Translations under genes and position numbers: made by a program
The notes under the pieces: model-generated
Seen by the model: only the letters and a program-made list of their open reading frames with translations
What the model was told of the DNA's origin: nothing
Databases searched by the model: none
Part shown: positions 26,611-35,351 of the stretch, one piece after another
Position numbering within the stretch: position 1 is the stretch's first letter
Layout: the number at the start of each line of letters is the position of its first letter
Source: Candidatus Multivoradales bacterium
GTDB lineage: Bacteria; Acidobacteriota; Thermoanaerobaculia; Multivoradales; J023
Assembly (NCBI GenBank): GCA_965248925.1
Contig: CBDFLE010000006.1
Span: 4,416,001-4,480,000 of the forward strand
DNA: 64,000 nucleotides
Direction: 5' to 3'

Positions 26611-28088
26611 AAGTAGCCTCCGAGGATGTTCTCGTACCAGTCGTGGTGGTCGTGGCTGAACAGTTTCATCGATCTACTTGGCCCCCAACTTCCCGCCGGG
26701 TAGGGGATCGGCAAATCATCGCGTTCTCGCCAGCCCGCCAAAATCGGCTCACACCAGCGCCAGGCTTCCTCGACTTCTTCACGGTGCATGAACAGCGCCG
26801 GGTTGCCGCGGATAATGTCCATCAACAACCTCTCGTAGGCTCCTGGAGTGCGGCCGGCGAATTCTTCTTTCAAATCGAGGTCGAGATGAACTCGCTTGAG
26901 ATCCATGCCGGAGCCCGGGGTCTTCATCATTACTGCCAGTTTGATGGTCTCGTCAGGTTGCAAGCGGATCACTAGGCGGTTGTCATGCTCGATGTTGCCA
27001 AGACCGTCGAACATCAGGTGCGGCACCCGCTTGAACTGGATGACGATTTCCGACAGACGATGGACCATCCGCTTGCCGGTGCGCAGGTAGAAGGGCACCC
27101 CGGCCCAGCGCCAATTGTCGATTTCAGCTTGCAGGGCAAGGTAGGTCTCGGTTTTGGAGTCGGCCGGCACCTTGGGCTCTTCGCTGTAGGCAACCACCGC
27201 CTCGCCAGCACTGGCGCCGCGGCGGTATTGGCCGCGCACCGTCTTGCGGGCGACATCGTCACCGGCAATCGGTCGCAGGGCACGCAGGACTTTGATTTTC
27301 TCGGCCCGCAGAGCGTCCGGGGTCAAGCGGGTGGGGGGCTCCATGGCCACCAAGCAGAGCAACTGTAAGATGTGGTTCTGCACCATGTCGCGTAGCGCCC
27401 CGGCCCGGTCGTAGTAGCCACCCCGGCCCTCGACGCCGACCTGTTCGGCCACCGTGATCTGCACATGATCGATGTGCTCGGCTCGCCACAGAGGCTCGAA
27501 GAGGGCGTTGCCGAAGCGCAGTGCCATTAGATTCTGCACTGTTTCCTTGCCCAGATAGTGGTCGATACGGAAAATCTGCTCCTCGCTGAAGAACTCGCCG
27601 ACCCCACGGTTGATATCTTGAGCGGATGCCAAATCGTGACCGATCGGTTTTTCCAGCACGATACGTGACCGCGAGTCGAGCAAGCCAGCCTGGGCCAGGG
27701 CACGGCTGATCGCAATATAAAGCCGCGGCGGTGTCGCTAGGTAGAACATCCGTTCCCGGCCCTCCTCCGCCGCCAAGAGTTCAGCTAGCGGGCCAAAGGA
27801 CGCCGCGTCGGTGGCGTCGAGGCTGATGTACTCAAGGCGCTCGGTGAATGCATTCCAGGACCGATCGGTGATTTCTCCGGGGTCGATATGCTGCCGGCTG
27901 TCGGCGGCGAAGTCGTCGAGGAAGCGTTGCCGGTCGAGCCGCGGCCGAGCCGCGGCGAGGATCCGGCCAGGGCTGGGCAGTGCCTCCAACTGGTGCAGGT
28001 AGTAGAGCGCAGGCAACAATTTGCGGCGAGTCAAGTCGCCGGTGCCGCCGATCACCACCATGTCGAAAGGTTTGGCGTCGTCTTTCAT
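26607..28088 (-). CDS. zwf: Glucose-6-phosphate 1-dehydrogenase
   Basis: GGTGDL, LEKPIG, RIDHYLGKETVQN, GALRDMVQNH, RWAGVPFYLRTGK. Confidence 0.98.
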   Translation of the reverse strand: MKDDAKPFDMVVIGGTGDLTRRKLLPALYYLHQLEALPSPGRILAAARPRLDRQRFLDDFAADSRQHIDPGEITDRSWNAFTERLEYISLDATDAASFGPLAELLAAEEGRERMFYLATPPRLYIAISRALAQAGLLDSRSRIVLEKPIGHDLASAQDINRGVGEFFSEEQIFRIDHYLGKETVQNLMALRFGNALFEPLWRAEHIDHVQITVAEQVGVEGRGGYYDRAGALRDMVQNHILQLLCLVAMEPPTRLTPDALRAEKIKVLRALRPIAGDDVARKTVRGQYRRGASAGEAVVAYSEEPKVPADSKTETYLALQAEIDNWRWAGVPFYLRTGKRMVHRLSEIVIQFKRVPHLMFDGLGNIEHDNRLVIRLQPDETIKLAVMMKTPGSGMDLKRVHLDLDLKEEFAGRTPGAYERLLMDIIRGNPALFMHREEVEEAWRWCEPILAGWRERDDLPIPYPAGSWGPSRSMKLFSHDHHDWYENILGGYF

Positions 28089-28699
28089 CGGCTGACTCCT
28101 TTAGCCAGTTCGGTGATGGCGGCGAAGGAACCGGCCGCGACCAACTTTCGTGGTGCCACCCAAGAGCCGCCGACGCATGCCACGTTGTCGAGCGCCAGAT
28201 AGTCGCGGTAGGTGGCCGCGGTGATACCTCCTGTAGGGCAGAAGACCAGCCCGTGCAAGGGGCCGGCAAAGCTGGCCAACAGCTCGACCCCGCCGGCGGC
28301 GGCAGCCGGAAATAGCTTCAGAGTACGCAGCCCTCGTTGCTGGGCGGCGAGCGCTTCGCTGGGGGTCATGACGCCGGGCAAGAAGGGCAGAGCAGTGGCC
28401 TCGGCGGCGCTGGCGAGTTCGTCGGTCAAGCCGGGGCTGACCAGGAATTGAGCTCCGGCTTGGGCGGCGCGCTGGGCCGCCTCGGCATCGTTGACCGTGC
28501 CGGCGCCGATCACCACCTGGGGAACTTCTGTGGCAATGCTGTGGATGGCGTCGAGCGCCGCTGGAGTGCGTAGGGTGATTTCGAGCACCCGCAGGCCACC
28601 CGCGAGCAGCGCCCGCGCCAGGGGTGCGGCGCTAGCCACCGTGTCGAGAGTGAGTACCGGAATCACCGGCGCGAGGTGCAGAATCTGTTCGATCTTCAT
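28085..28699 (-). CDS. eda: KDPG/KHG aldolase
   Basis: LEITLRT, IGAGTV, PGVMTPSE, LKLFPA, FCPTGGI. Confidence 0.97.
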   Translation of the reverse strand: MKIEQILHLAPVIPVLTLDTVASAAPLARALLAGGLRVLEITLRTPAALDAIHSIATEVPQVVIGAGTVNDAEAAQRAAQAGAQFLVSPGLTDELASAAEATALPFLPGVMTPSEALAAQQRGLRTLKLFPAAAAGGVELLASFAGPLHGLVFCPTGGITAATYRDYLALDNVACVGGSWVAPRKLVAAGSFAAITELAKGVSR

Positions 28700-28860
28700 C
28701 TTCGGAGAGCCGCCCTTGAAATAGACCGCCGCGGCGGCCGCTGGTAGAGGTGGGCGAGCTTAGCCCGTTGGGCGGCGGCCGTCGAGCCTGCTGGGTCGGG
28801 GGATGAATCACTGGATAGACCGCTGCATAGACCGGGCCGATCGTCAGTTACCATAGCTCC

Positions 28861-30675
28861 ATGGCAGCCATCCATCCGACCCTTACCAAGGTTACCGAAG
28901 GTCTACGTCGACGCAGCGCCGAGCGCCGGCAGAGCTACCTTGAGAAGATTCGCCGCGCCGCGACTCAGGGACCTCGACGCGGGCAAATGGCGTGTTCGAA
29001 TCTTGCTCATGGCTTTGCCGCTTGCAGCGCGGAGGACAAAGCTGCCTTGGCTGGCGGTCGGCTGCCAAATATCGCCATTGTGTCGGCTTACAACGACATG
29101 CTCTCGGCGCATCAGCCACTGGCGACTTTCCCCCGGCAGATCAAAGAGGCGGTACGCCAGGCCGGTGGGGTGGCGCAGGTGGCGGGTGGCGTGCCGGCGA
29201 TGTGCGATGGTGTCACCCAGGGTCGCGCCGGCATGGAGTTGTCGTTACTCAGCCGCGATGTGATCGCCATGTCGACGGCGGTGGCGCTGGCCCACGACAT
29301 GTTCGAGGGTGCTATCTGCCTCGGGGTTTGCGACAAGATCGTTCCAGGTCTGTTGATCGGCGCGCTGTCGTTCGGCCATCTGCCAGTGATTTTCATGCCG
29401 GCCGGGCCGATGCCCTCGGGCCTGCCCAATCCACAGAAGCAAGAGAGCCGGCAGCGATACGCCGCTGGTGAGGTGAGCCGTGGTGAGCTGCTAGAGGCCG
29501 AGTCGGCGGCCTATCACGCACCTGGTACTTGTACTTTCTACGGCACCGCCAATAGCAATCAAATGCTTATGGAGATTCTCGGTCTGCATTTGCCGGGAGC
29601 GTCGTTCGCCCAGCCACACAGTGCGTTGCGCCATCGCCTCACCGAGGCGGCGGCACGGCGAATCACCGAGCTGGCGGCCGCCGAGGTGCCGCTGCGGCTC
29701 GGCGAGATGATCGATGAGCGAGCGATCATCAATGCGGTCGTCGGCCTGCTGGCCACTGGTGGCTCGACCAACCACACGCTGCATTTGGTGGCGATCGCCG
29801 CCGCTGCCGGCATAGTGCTCAACTGGGATGACTTCGATCAGCTGTCGGCGGTGGTTCCGCTGCTCGCTCGGGTCTACCCCAACGGACCGGCCGACGTGAA
29901 CCACTTTCATGCGGCGGGGGGGTTGGCGGTGGTGATCTCTGAGCTGCTCGATGCCGGGCTGTTGCATGGCGACGTCGGCACGGTGGCCGTGGGCGGCGGT
30001 TTGCAGCCCTATCGGCGCGAAGCGCGGCTCGATGCTGGCGAACTCTGCTGGGTTGAGCACCAGGGGAGTCGCGATGCTGGGATCGTCGGCTCGATGGCGG
30101 CGCCGTTTCGACCGAGCGGCGGCTTGCGGCTGCTGGTCGGCAACCTGGGCCGAGCGGTGGTCAAGACCTCCGCGGTAGCCGCGGGATTTCAGCAGCTCGA
30201 AGCTCCGGTGATGATTTTTGAGCGACCGGAAGATCTCGAACTTGCCTTTGCCGCTGGCAAGCTCGATCGCGATTTGGTGGCGGTGGTCAGATTCCAGGGC
30301 CCGCGGGCTAACGGCATGCCCGAGCTGCACAAGCTGATGCCGGCGCTCGGGGTGCTGCAAGATCGGGGTCATCGGGTAGCGCTGGTCACCGATGGTCGGC
30401 TTTCGGGAGCTTCGGGCAAAGTCCTTTCGGCAATCCACGTCACTCCCGAAGCGCTCGGTGGCGGGCCACTGGCGCGGCTGCGCGATGGTGATCTGCTGCG
30501 CATCGATGCCGGCAGTGGTGAACTGCAAGTCCTGGTCGCGGAAGAGGTGTGGAGTCAGCGGCGGCCGGCGGAGCAGCCAGAAGCTGTCTCGGAAGGCAGT
30601 GGGCGTGAACTCTTCAACAGCTTGCGGGCGGCTGCGAACGGCGCCGAGCAGGGAGCGACGACTTTTGGCGCCTAA
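28861..30675 (+). CDS. edd: Phosphogluconate dehydratase
   Basis: [67 protein letters not shown]. Confidence 0.97.
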   Translation: MAAIHPTLTKVTEGLRRRSAERRQSYLEKIRRAATQGPRRGQMACSNLAHGFAACSAEDKAALAGGRLPNIAIVSAYNDMLSAHQPLATFPRQIKEAVRQAGGVAQVAGGVPAMCDGVTQGRAGMELSLLSRDVIAMSTAVALAHDMFEGAICLGVCDKIVPGLLIGALSFGHLPVIFMPAGPMPSGLPNPQKQESRQRYAAGEVSRGELLEAESAAYHAPGTCTFYGTANSNQMLMEILGLHLPGASFAQPHSALRHRLTEAAARRITELAAAEVPLRLGEMIDERAIINAVVGLLATGGSTNHTLHLVAIAAAAGIVLNWDDFDQLSAVVPLLARVYPNGPADVNHFHAAGGLAVVISELLDAGLLHGDVGTVAVGGGLQPYRREARLDAGELCWVEHQGSRDAGIVGSMAAPFRPSGGLRLLVGNLGRAVVKTSAVAAGFQQLEAPVMIFERPEDLELAFAAGKLDRDLVAVVRFQGPRANGMPELHKLMPALGVLQDRGHRVALVTDGRLSGASGKVLSAIHVTPEALGGGPLARLRDGDLLRIDAGSGELQVLVAEEVWSQRRPAEQPEAVSEGSGRELFNSLRAAANGAEQGATTFGA

Positions 30676-30733
30676 CTTGAGCTGTAGAGGGTCCCTCGCC
30701 GAAGACTGCGGCGGGCTCGATGAGACTCGTAGA

Positions 30734-32257
30734 TCACTGACCCATGGGTAGCCGGCTGCAGAGTTCGGCTAGACGGCGCAGGCGCCTGGCGAGGGCCAGG
30801 GTGAGCTGTCCGCTGTCGAGTCGCCACCGCCAGTTGCCGGTGGCCGAGCCGGGGGTGTTCATCCGTGCCGCCGGGCCCAGGCCGAGCAGGTCTTGCGCGG
30901 GGATGATGGCGGTTTGGGCGGCCGAGGCGTAGGCTAGATGGATCAGCCGCCAGTGAATCGGAGGGCGCTTGCCGTTGCTGTATTCGCCAGTATCGTATTC
31001 GCTGCCGTAGTCATCCACCCGCTGGCGTTGGGCGGCCTCCAACTGTGCATACCAGTCGACCGTGGTGGGGTTGTCGTGGGTACCGCTGTAGACCACGCAA
31101 TCACCACTCTGCTGGTGCGGGGCGTGGGGGCTCGCCGGGTCGTCGAAGCCGAATTGCAGCACCCGCATGCCGGGAAATCCCAGCGCTTGGCGCAGCTGCT
31201 CGACATCTGCGGTAATTTCCCCCAGATCTTCAGCTACCAAGGGGAGCTCGCCAAGCTCAGCCGCGATGGCTGAGAAGAGCTCTTCACCCGGTCCCGGACG
31301 CCAGCTGCCGGCGATGGCGGTGGGCTCGCCCATGGGCACACTCCAGAAGCCGGCGAAAGCGCGGAAGTGGTCGAGGCGTAGCAGATCGGCTAGGCGCAGG
31401 TTGGCGGCCAAGCGGTCGATCCACCAGCGGTGGCCCTCCTTGGCCAGCTGTTGCCAGCGGTAGATCGGAAAGCCCCACAGCTGCCCGGTGGCGCTGAAAT
31501 AATCTGGCGGCACGCCGGCCTGGGACAATTGCCGGCCCTGGTCGTCGAGTTCGAAGAGCCGGCGGTGGGTCCACACGTCGGCGCTGCTTGCCGGGACATA
31601 AATCGGCAGGTCTCCGAAAATACGCACCCCACGCTCAGCAGCGTGCCGGTGAAGCTGGTGCCACTGGCGGAAGAACAGCAGCTGGACAAAGGCATGGTAG
31701 CGGCGGCGACTCTTGAGCCCAGCGGCGGCGATATCGAGGGCGGCCGACCGACGTTGCGCCAGGTCGGTGGGCCACCGCCACCAGGGGACCGAGGCGTACC
31801 GCTGGCGCAGAGCGCAGAACAAAGTCCAGTCTTCCAGCCAGGGGCGCTGTTGCTCAGCGGTGGCGAATTGGTCGAGCTGGCGATCCCAGGCGGGGTCCTT
31901 CAGCACTCGCTGCCAGGCGCGGCGCAAGAGATCCTCTTTCCATCGCCCAGCGAGTTCAAAGTCCACCCGTCCTGGGCTTCTCGCTGGTGCGCCCTGCAGG
32001 TCGTTCGGTTCGAGCATCCCGTCCTCGACCATGAGTTGCGGTGAGATCAGCAGCGGGTTGCCAGCGAAAGCAGAGAGGGCGCCGTAAGGCGAGATCTGTT
32101 CCGGTGGATTGAGTGGCAACACTTGCCAGATGCCGGCGCCAGCGTTGCTGGCCCAGTCGATGAACGAGTGCGCCTCGGGTCCTAGGTCGCCGACCGCAAA
32201 AGGGCCGGGGAGGGAGGTTGGGTGGAGGAGGATTCCGCAGTCGCGAGAGGTGCTCAT
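30734..32257 (-). CDS. malQ: 4-alpha-glucanotransferase (amylomaltase, GH77)
   Basis: GILLHPTSLP, GDLPIYV, GVPPDYFSATGQLWG, RLDHFRAF, AEDLG, GTHDN. Confidence 0.96.
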   Translation of the reverse strand: MSTSRDCGILLHPTSLPGPFAVGDLGPEAHSFIDWASNAGAGIWQVLPLNPPEQISPYGALSAFAGNPLLISPQLMVEDGMLEPNDLQGAPARSPGRVDFELAGRWKEDLLRRAWQRVLKDPAWDRQLDQFATAEQQRPWLEDWTLFCALRQRYASVPWWRWPTDLAQRRSAALDIAAAGLKSRRRYHAFVQLLFFRQWHQLHRHAAERGVRIFGDLPIYVPASSADVWTHRRLFELDDQGRQLSQAGVPPDYFSATGQLWGFPIYRWQQLAKEGHRWWIDRLAANLRLADLLRLDHFRAFAGFWSVPMGEPTAIAGSWRPGPGEELFSAIAAELGELPLVAEDLGEITADVEQLRQALGFPGMRVLQFGFDDPASPHAPHQQSGDCVVYSGTHDNPTTVDWYAQLEAAQRQRVDDYGSEYDTGEYSNGKRPPIHWRLIHLAYASAAQTAIIPAQDLLGLGPAARMNTPGSATGNWRWRLDSGQLTLALARRLRRLAELCSRLPMGQ

Positions 32258-32451
32258 GGCGCAGCGCAGCCTACCAAGCAAACCTCGGTTCGGCGCGGTG
32301 GGCGGCGGCTGTAGTCGTCGCGGCGCTTATTGGGAAGTTGCTCTTGACGGTGGCGGACGGTTCGAGGACCATGAACCCAGCGCTGCCGAGACCCGCGGCA
32401 GACCCTCAGACGACTAGGCCACCAGACCAAGATTTCGAGTTGAACAACGTG

Positions 32452-34101
32452 ATGGGCTCAGTGAACCCTCAGTCTCCAACTCCGTTGCATCCAGAGCCAC
32501 AGCATCCAAAGCTGCTGCGTGCAGGCGTAGATATCGGTGGCACCAAGATCGCCGCCGGTTTGCTCGATGGCCAGCGCCGGCTGGTCGCGGAGGCGCGCCT
32601 GGCGACGCCGCCGCGGGGCGAGATCGATGCTGTTTTGCAGGTGGTTCTTGACCTGCTCGACCAGCTGTTGAGCGGCGCCGGGTTGGGGCCGGCAAATTTG
32701 GCTGCCATTGGATTGGGTTTTCCTGGTGACTTCGACCCCCTTGACGAGAAAGTCAAGACCGCCGCCAACGTGCCGGGCTTCATCGGCCACCATCCGGCTG
32801 CGTTGTTGCAACGAGCGATTGAAGAGCGTTTCGGGGTTTCGCCGCCGGTGTCGATCGACAATGATGCTGCCGCCGCAGCGGTCGCCGAAGCTATCTGCGG
32901 CGCCGGGCGTGGTTTTGGCCGGCAACTCTATCTCACCGTTTCGACTGGGCTTGGCGGCGCGCGTTACGGTGGCCACGACGCCGCCGGCAGTGAAATACAC
33001 AGCGCTCGGAATATCGAGCCCGGTCTATACCTTTACCCCGACCCGAGCCAAGCCGATCGGCGGTTGATCGATCTGTGCAGCGGGGTAGGCCTGGCTGCGA
33101 TCGCTCAGCACAGCCTGTTACGCCTCCTGCGGCAGGAGGGCGAGGCCGGGTTGGCTCGCTTGACCCGAGTGCTGGACCTGGCACGGGCCGAAGGGGAGTC
33201 GGTCAGCGAGCAGATCAGTAGCCTGAGTGCCGCTCACCTGGGAAGGGCGGCGATTGCTGGGGAGGTTTTCGCGCGGCGACTGTTCGAGCGGGCGGCCCAT
33301 CATTTGGCCCAGGGCTTGGCGCAGTTGTTGGCGCAGGGCGAGGGAGAAGAATGCCTGGTGATCGGTGGTTCGATCGCCCTCGCGGTGCCGGGGTTCCTCG
33401 ATCACGTTCGCCGCGACTTGGCGGAGATCCGTGATCGTGACGATGCTTCACCGGCGCTGCGGGCCTTTGATGTTGGCTCACGGCTGCGTGCCGCTCAGCT
33501 CGGTCAGCACAGTGGGGTGGTCGGCGCCGCGCTGTTGACCGAGACCGGCCGGGTTTACCGGCCACTGCTGCCAGCAGAGGTGTTGGTGATCGGTGCTTCG
33601 GGCTGCTTGGGCAGCGTGGTGCTGCAGCAGCTCAGCGACCGATACTACAGCCTGGGTACCTATCGCAGCCGGCCTGGTCTGGGCTTGGCCAGGCTTGATT
33701 TGCATCAGGCTGGCGCAGCCGTATCCTGCCTGGAGCGTGCCCGGCCGCGGATCGTGGTGCACTGTGTCGCACCGCTCGATGTCGCCAGCTACCGGCGGCG
33801 ACCCGGCCGGCTCGAAGAGTTGTTGATCGAAGGCAATCGGCAGCTCGCCATGGCTTGTAAGCGACTGGATGCTCGTTTGGTGTGGCTGGTGCCGGCGGTA
33901 GGGTCCGACAGCCCTTTTGCCGATTTGCTGGCCGCCGCAGAGGCGGCTCTGCAAGTCCAGCGGCCGCTGATCGTGCGCTGGCTACCGGCGGTGCCACCCG
34001 CCTCAGTCGCCGCCGCCGTCGGTAAGCTGCTGGCAACGGATGCCACCGGTGTCTGGTGCTGTGGGCCAGACGCCGGCCTCGTGCAGCAGGGCTGCTCTTA
34101 G
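32452..34101 (+). CDS. ROK-family sugar kinase fused to a degenerate RmlD-like Rossmann domain (start uncertain)
   Basis: GVDIGGTKI, GLGFPG, IDNDA...AE, TVSTGLGG, IGGSIA, GVVGAA; then VLVIGASGCLG...RPRIVVHC. Confidence 0.75.
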   Translation: MGSVNPQSPTPLHPEPQHPKLLRAGVDIGGTKIAAGLLDGQRRLVAEARLATPPRGEIDAVLQVVLDLLDQLLSGAGLGPANLAAIGLGFPGDFDPLDEKVKTAANVPGFIGHHPAALLQRAIEERFGVSPPVSIDNDAAAAAVAEAICGAGRGFGRQLYLTVSTGLGGARYGGHDAAGSEIHSARNIEPGLYLYPDPSQADRRLIDLCSGVGLAAIAQHSLLRLLRQEGEAGLARLTRVLDLARAEGESVSEQISSLSAAHLGRAAIAGEVFARRLFERAAHHLAQGLAQLLAQGEGEECLVIGGSIALAVPGFLDHVRRDLAEIRDRDDASPALRAFDVGSRLRAAQLGQHSGVVGAALLTETGRVYRPLLPAEVLVIGASGCLGSVVLQQLSDRYYSLGTYRSRPGLGLARLDLHQAGAAVSCLERARPRIVVHCVAPLDVASYRRRPGRLEELLIEGNRQLAMACKRLDARLVWLVPAVGSDSPFADLLAAAEAALQVQRPLIVRWLPAVPPASVAAAVGKLLATDATGVWCCGPDAGLVQQGCS

Positions 34102-35243
34102 TCGGCGGCGCGGATGACGACGTAAAAGCCGCTGGTGGAGAGGCTCTCGAAGTCGGGCTCGAAGCCACTCGGCCAGGAGCGGCAACGTTCCGGCAGGTCG
34201 GTTTTCTGCGCCAGGATATCGAAATCGTCGAAGCTGCAACCACGCAGCCAATCTTCGAGAGTAGCGCGGGTGAAGAAGCGAAAGTGGGTGTAGCACAGCA
34301 GCCCCATCGGCAGATAGTCCCAGCGTCCAGCAGCCAGATCTTCGACAATCGAGTAGTGGCCGACGTTGGGCACCGACAGCACGATCGACCCTCCCGGTCG
34401 CAACCAGCCGGCGGCGCGGCGCAGGAACTTCTCCCCTTCGGTCAAATGCTCGAATAGTTCGAGGGCGAGGACAACGTCGAACTGCTGGTCGGGTTCGAGC
34501 TGTTGGATATCGCCGATCAGCAACCGTTCGAGGTGGGCGCTGGCCTCTTCGGCGATTTCCGGGTTGAGCTCGACACCGGTGACCCGACAGCTGAGTTGCT
34601 CGCGGAGCAGCCGGGCGGTGCCGCCGCGGGCGCAACCGATCTCGAGGACGGAGCTGCCTTGGGCGATCAGCGGCAGGATGTCTTCGCGAGCTTCGCCGTA
34701 GTAGTCGACAAAGTGGTGGAATAGACCTGCCCGCGCGAGATTTTCGGGCAGGGGAGCTAGCGGCTCAATCAACACTCTTGCGAGATCACCCGCGGCGAAC
34801 CAGTGAGTGAAACTCTGGCGCTGCCACAGCGAGACCGGCAGCTGGCTAGTGGGCTCTTCGCCGAGCGCCACTTTGCCACCGCTGAGCAGATGTTGCTCGG
34901 CCTGTTCGTAGCCGCGCAGAGTAAACAAGGGGAAGCGCTGCGGCAGGTCGGTGCGATCGAGGCGGTGAGCCACCACTACTGCCTGGCCGGCAAGTTGCTG
35001 CTGCATCGAGGCCAGCGAATGACGGCCGATCAGGATGCCGCCTCTGCCGATCAGTAGCAGATGGTCTTCCTCGCCGTCGAAGTCGGTAGCCAGGAGCGGC
35101 GTGTCTTCGTCCACCGTCAGCAAGCGGACCTTGGCGAACACCTGTCGCGCTTGGGCCACCAGCCAGCTGAGCAGGTATTCGAGTTCCGGCGAAGCACGGT
35201 CTTCCCGCGGGTGGAGCTTGAGCAGCAGTAGGGAATCTTCCAT
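34098..35243 (-). CDS. Class I SAM-dependent methyltransferase (glycan-associated type) with N-terminal extension
   Basis: VLEIGCARG, GVELN, FDVV...FEHL, LRPGG.IVLSVPN, THFRFFT. Confidence 0.85.
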   Translation of the reverse strand: MEDSLLLLKLHPREDRASPELEYLLSWLVAQARQVFAKVRLLTVDEDTPLLATDFDGEEDHLLLIGRGGILIGRHSLASMQQQLAGQAVVVAHRLDRTDLPQRFPLFTLRGYEQAEQHLLSGGKVALGEEPTSQLPVSLWQRQSFTHWFAAGDLARVLIEPLAPLPENLARAGLFHHFVDYYGEAREDILPLIAQGSSVLEIGCARGGTARLLREQLSCRVTGVELNPEIAEEASAHLERLLIGDIQQLEPDQQFDVVLALELFEHLTEGEKFLRRAAGWLRPGGSIVLSVPNVGHYSIVEDLAAGRWDYLPMGLLCYTHFRFFTRATLEDWLRGCSFDDFDILAQKTDLPERCRSWPSGFEPDFESLSTSGFYVVIRAAD

Positions 35244-35351
35244 GCTGGGCGAGATCTTATCCCGAGTGCCGAGCGAATTAGACAGCCGTCCCTCAGCAGC
35301 TCTTCCGGTGAAGACCATTCTCGGCGAGAATCAGGGCTGAAGGAGAAACCA

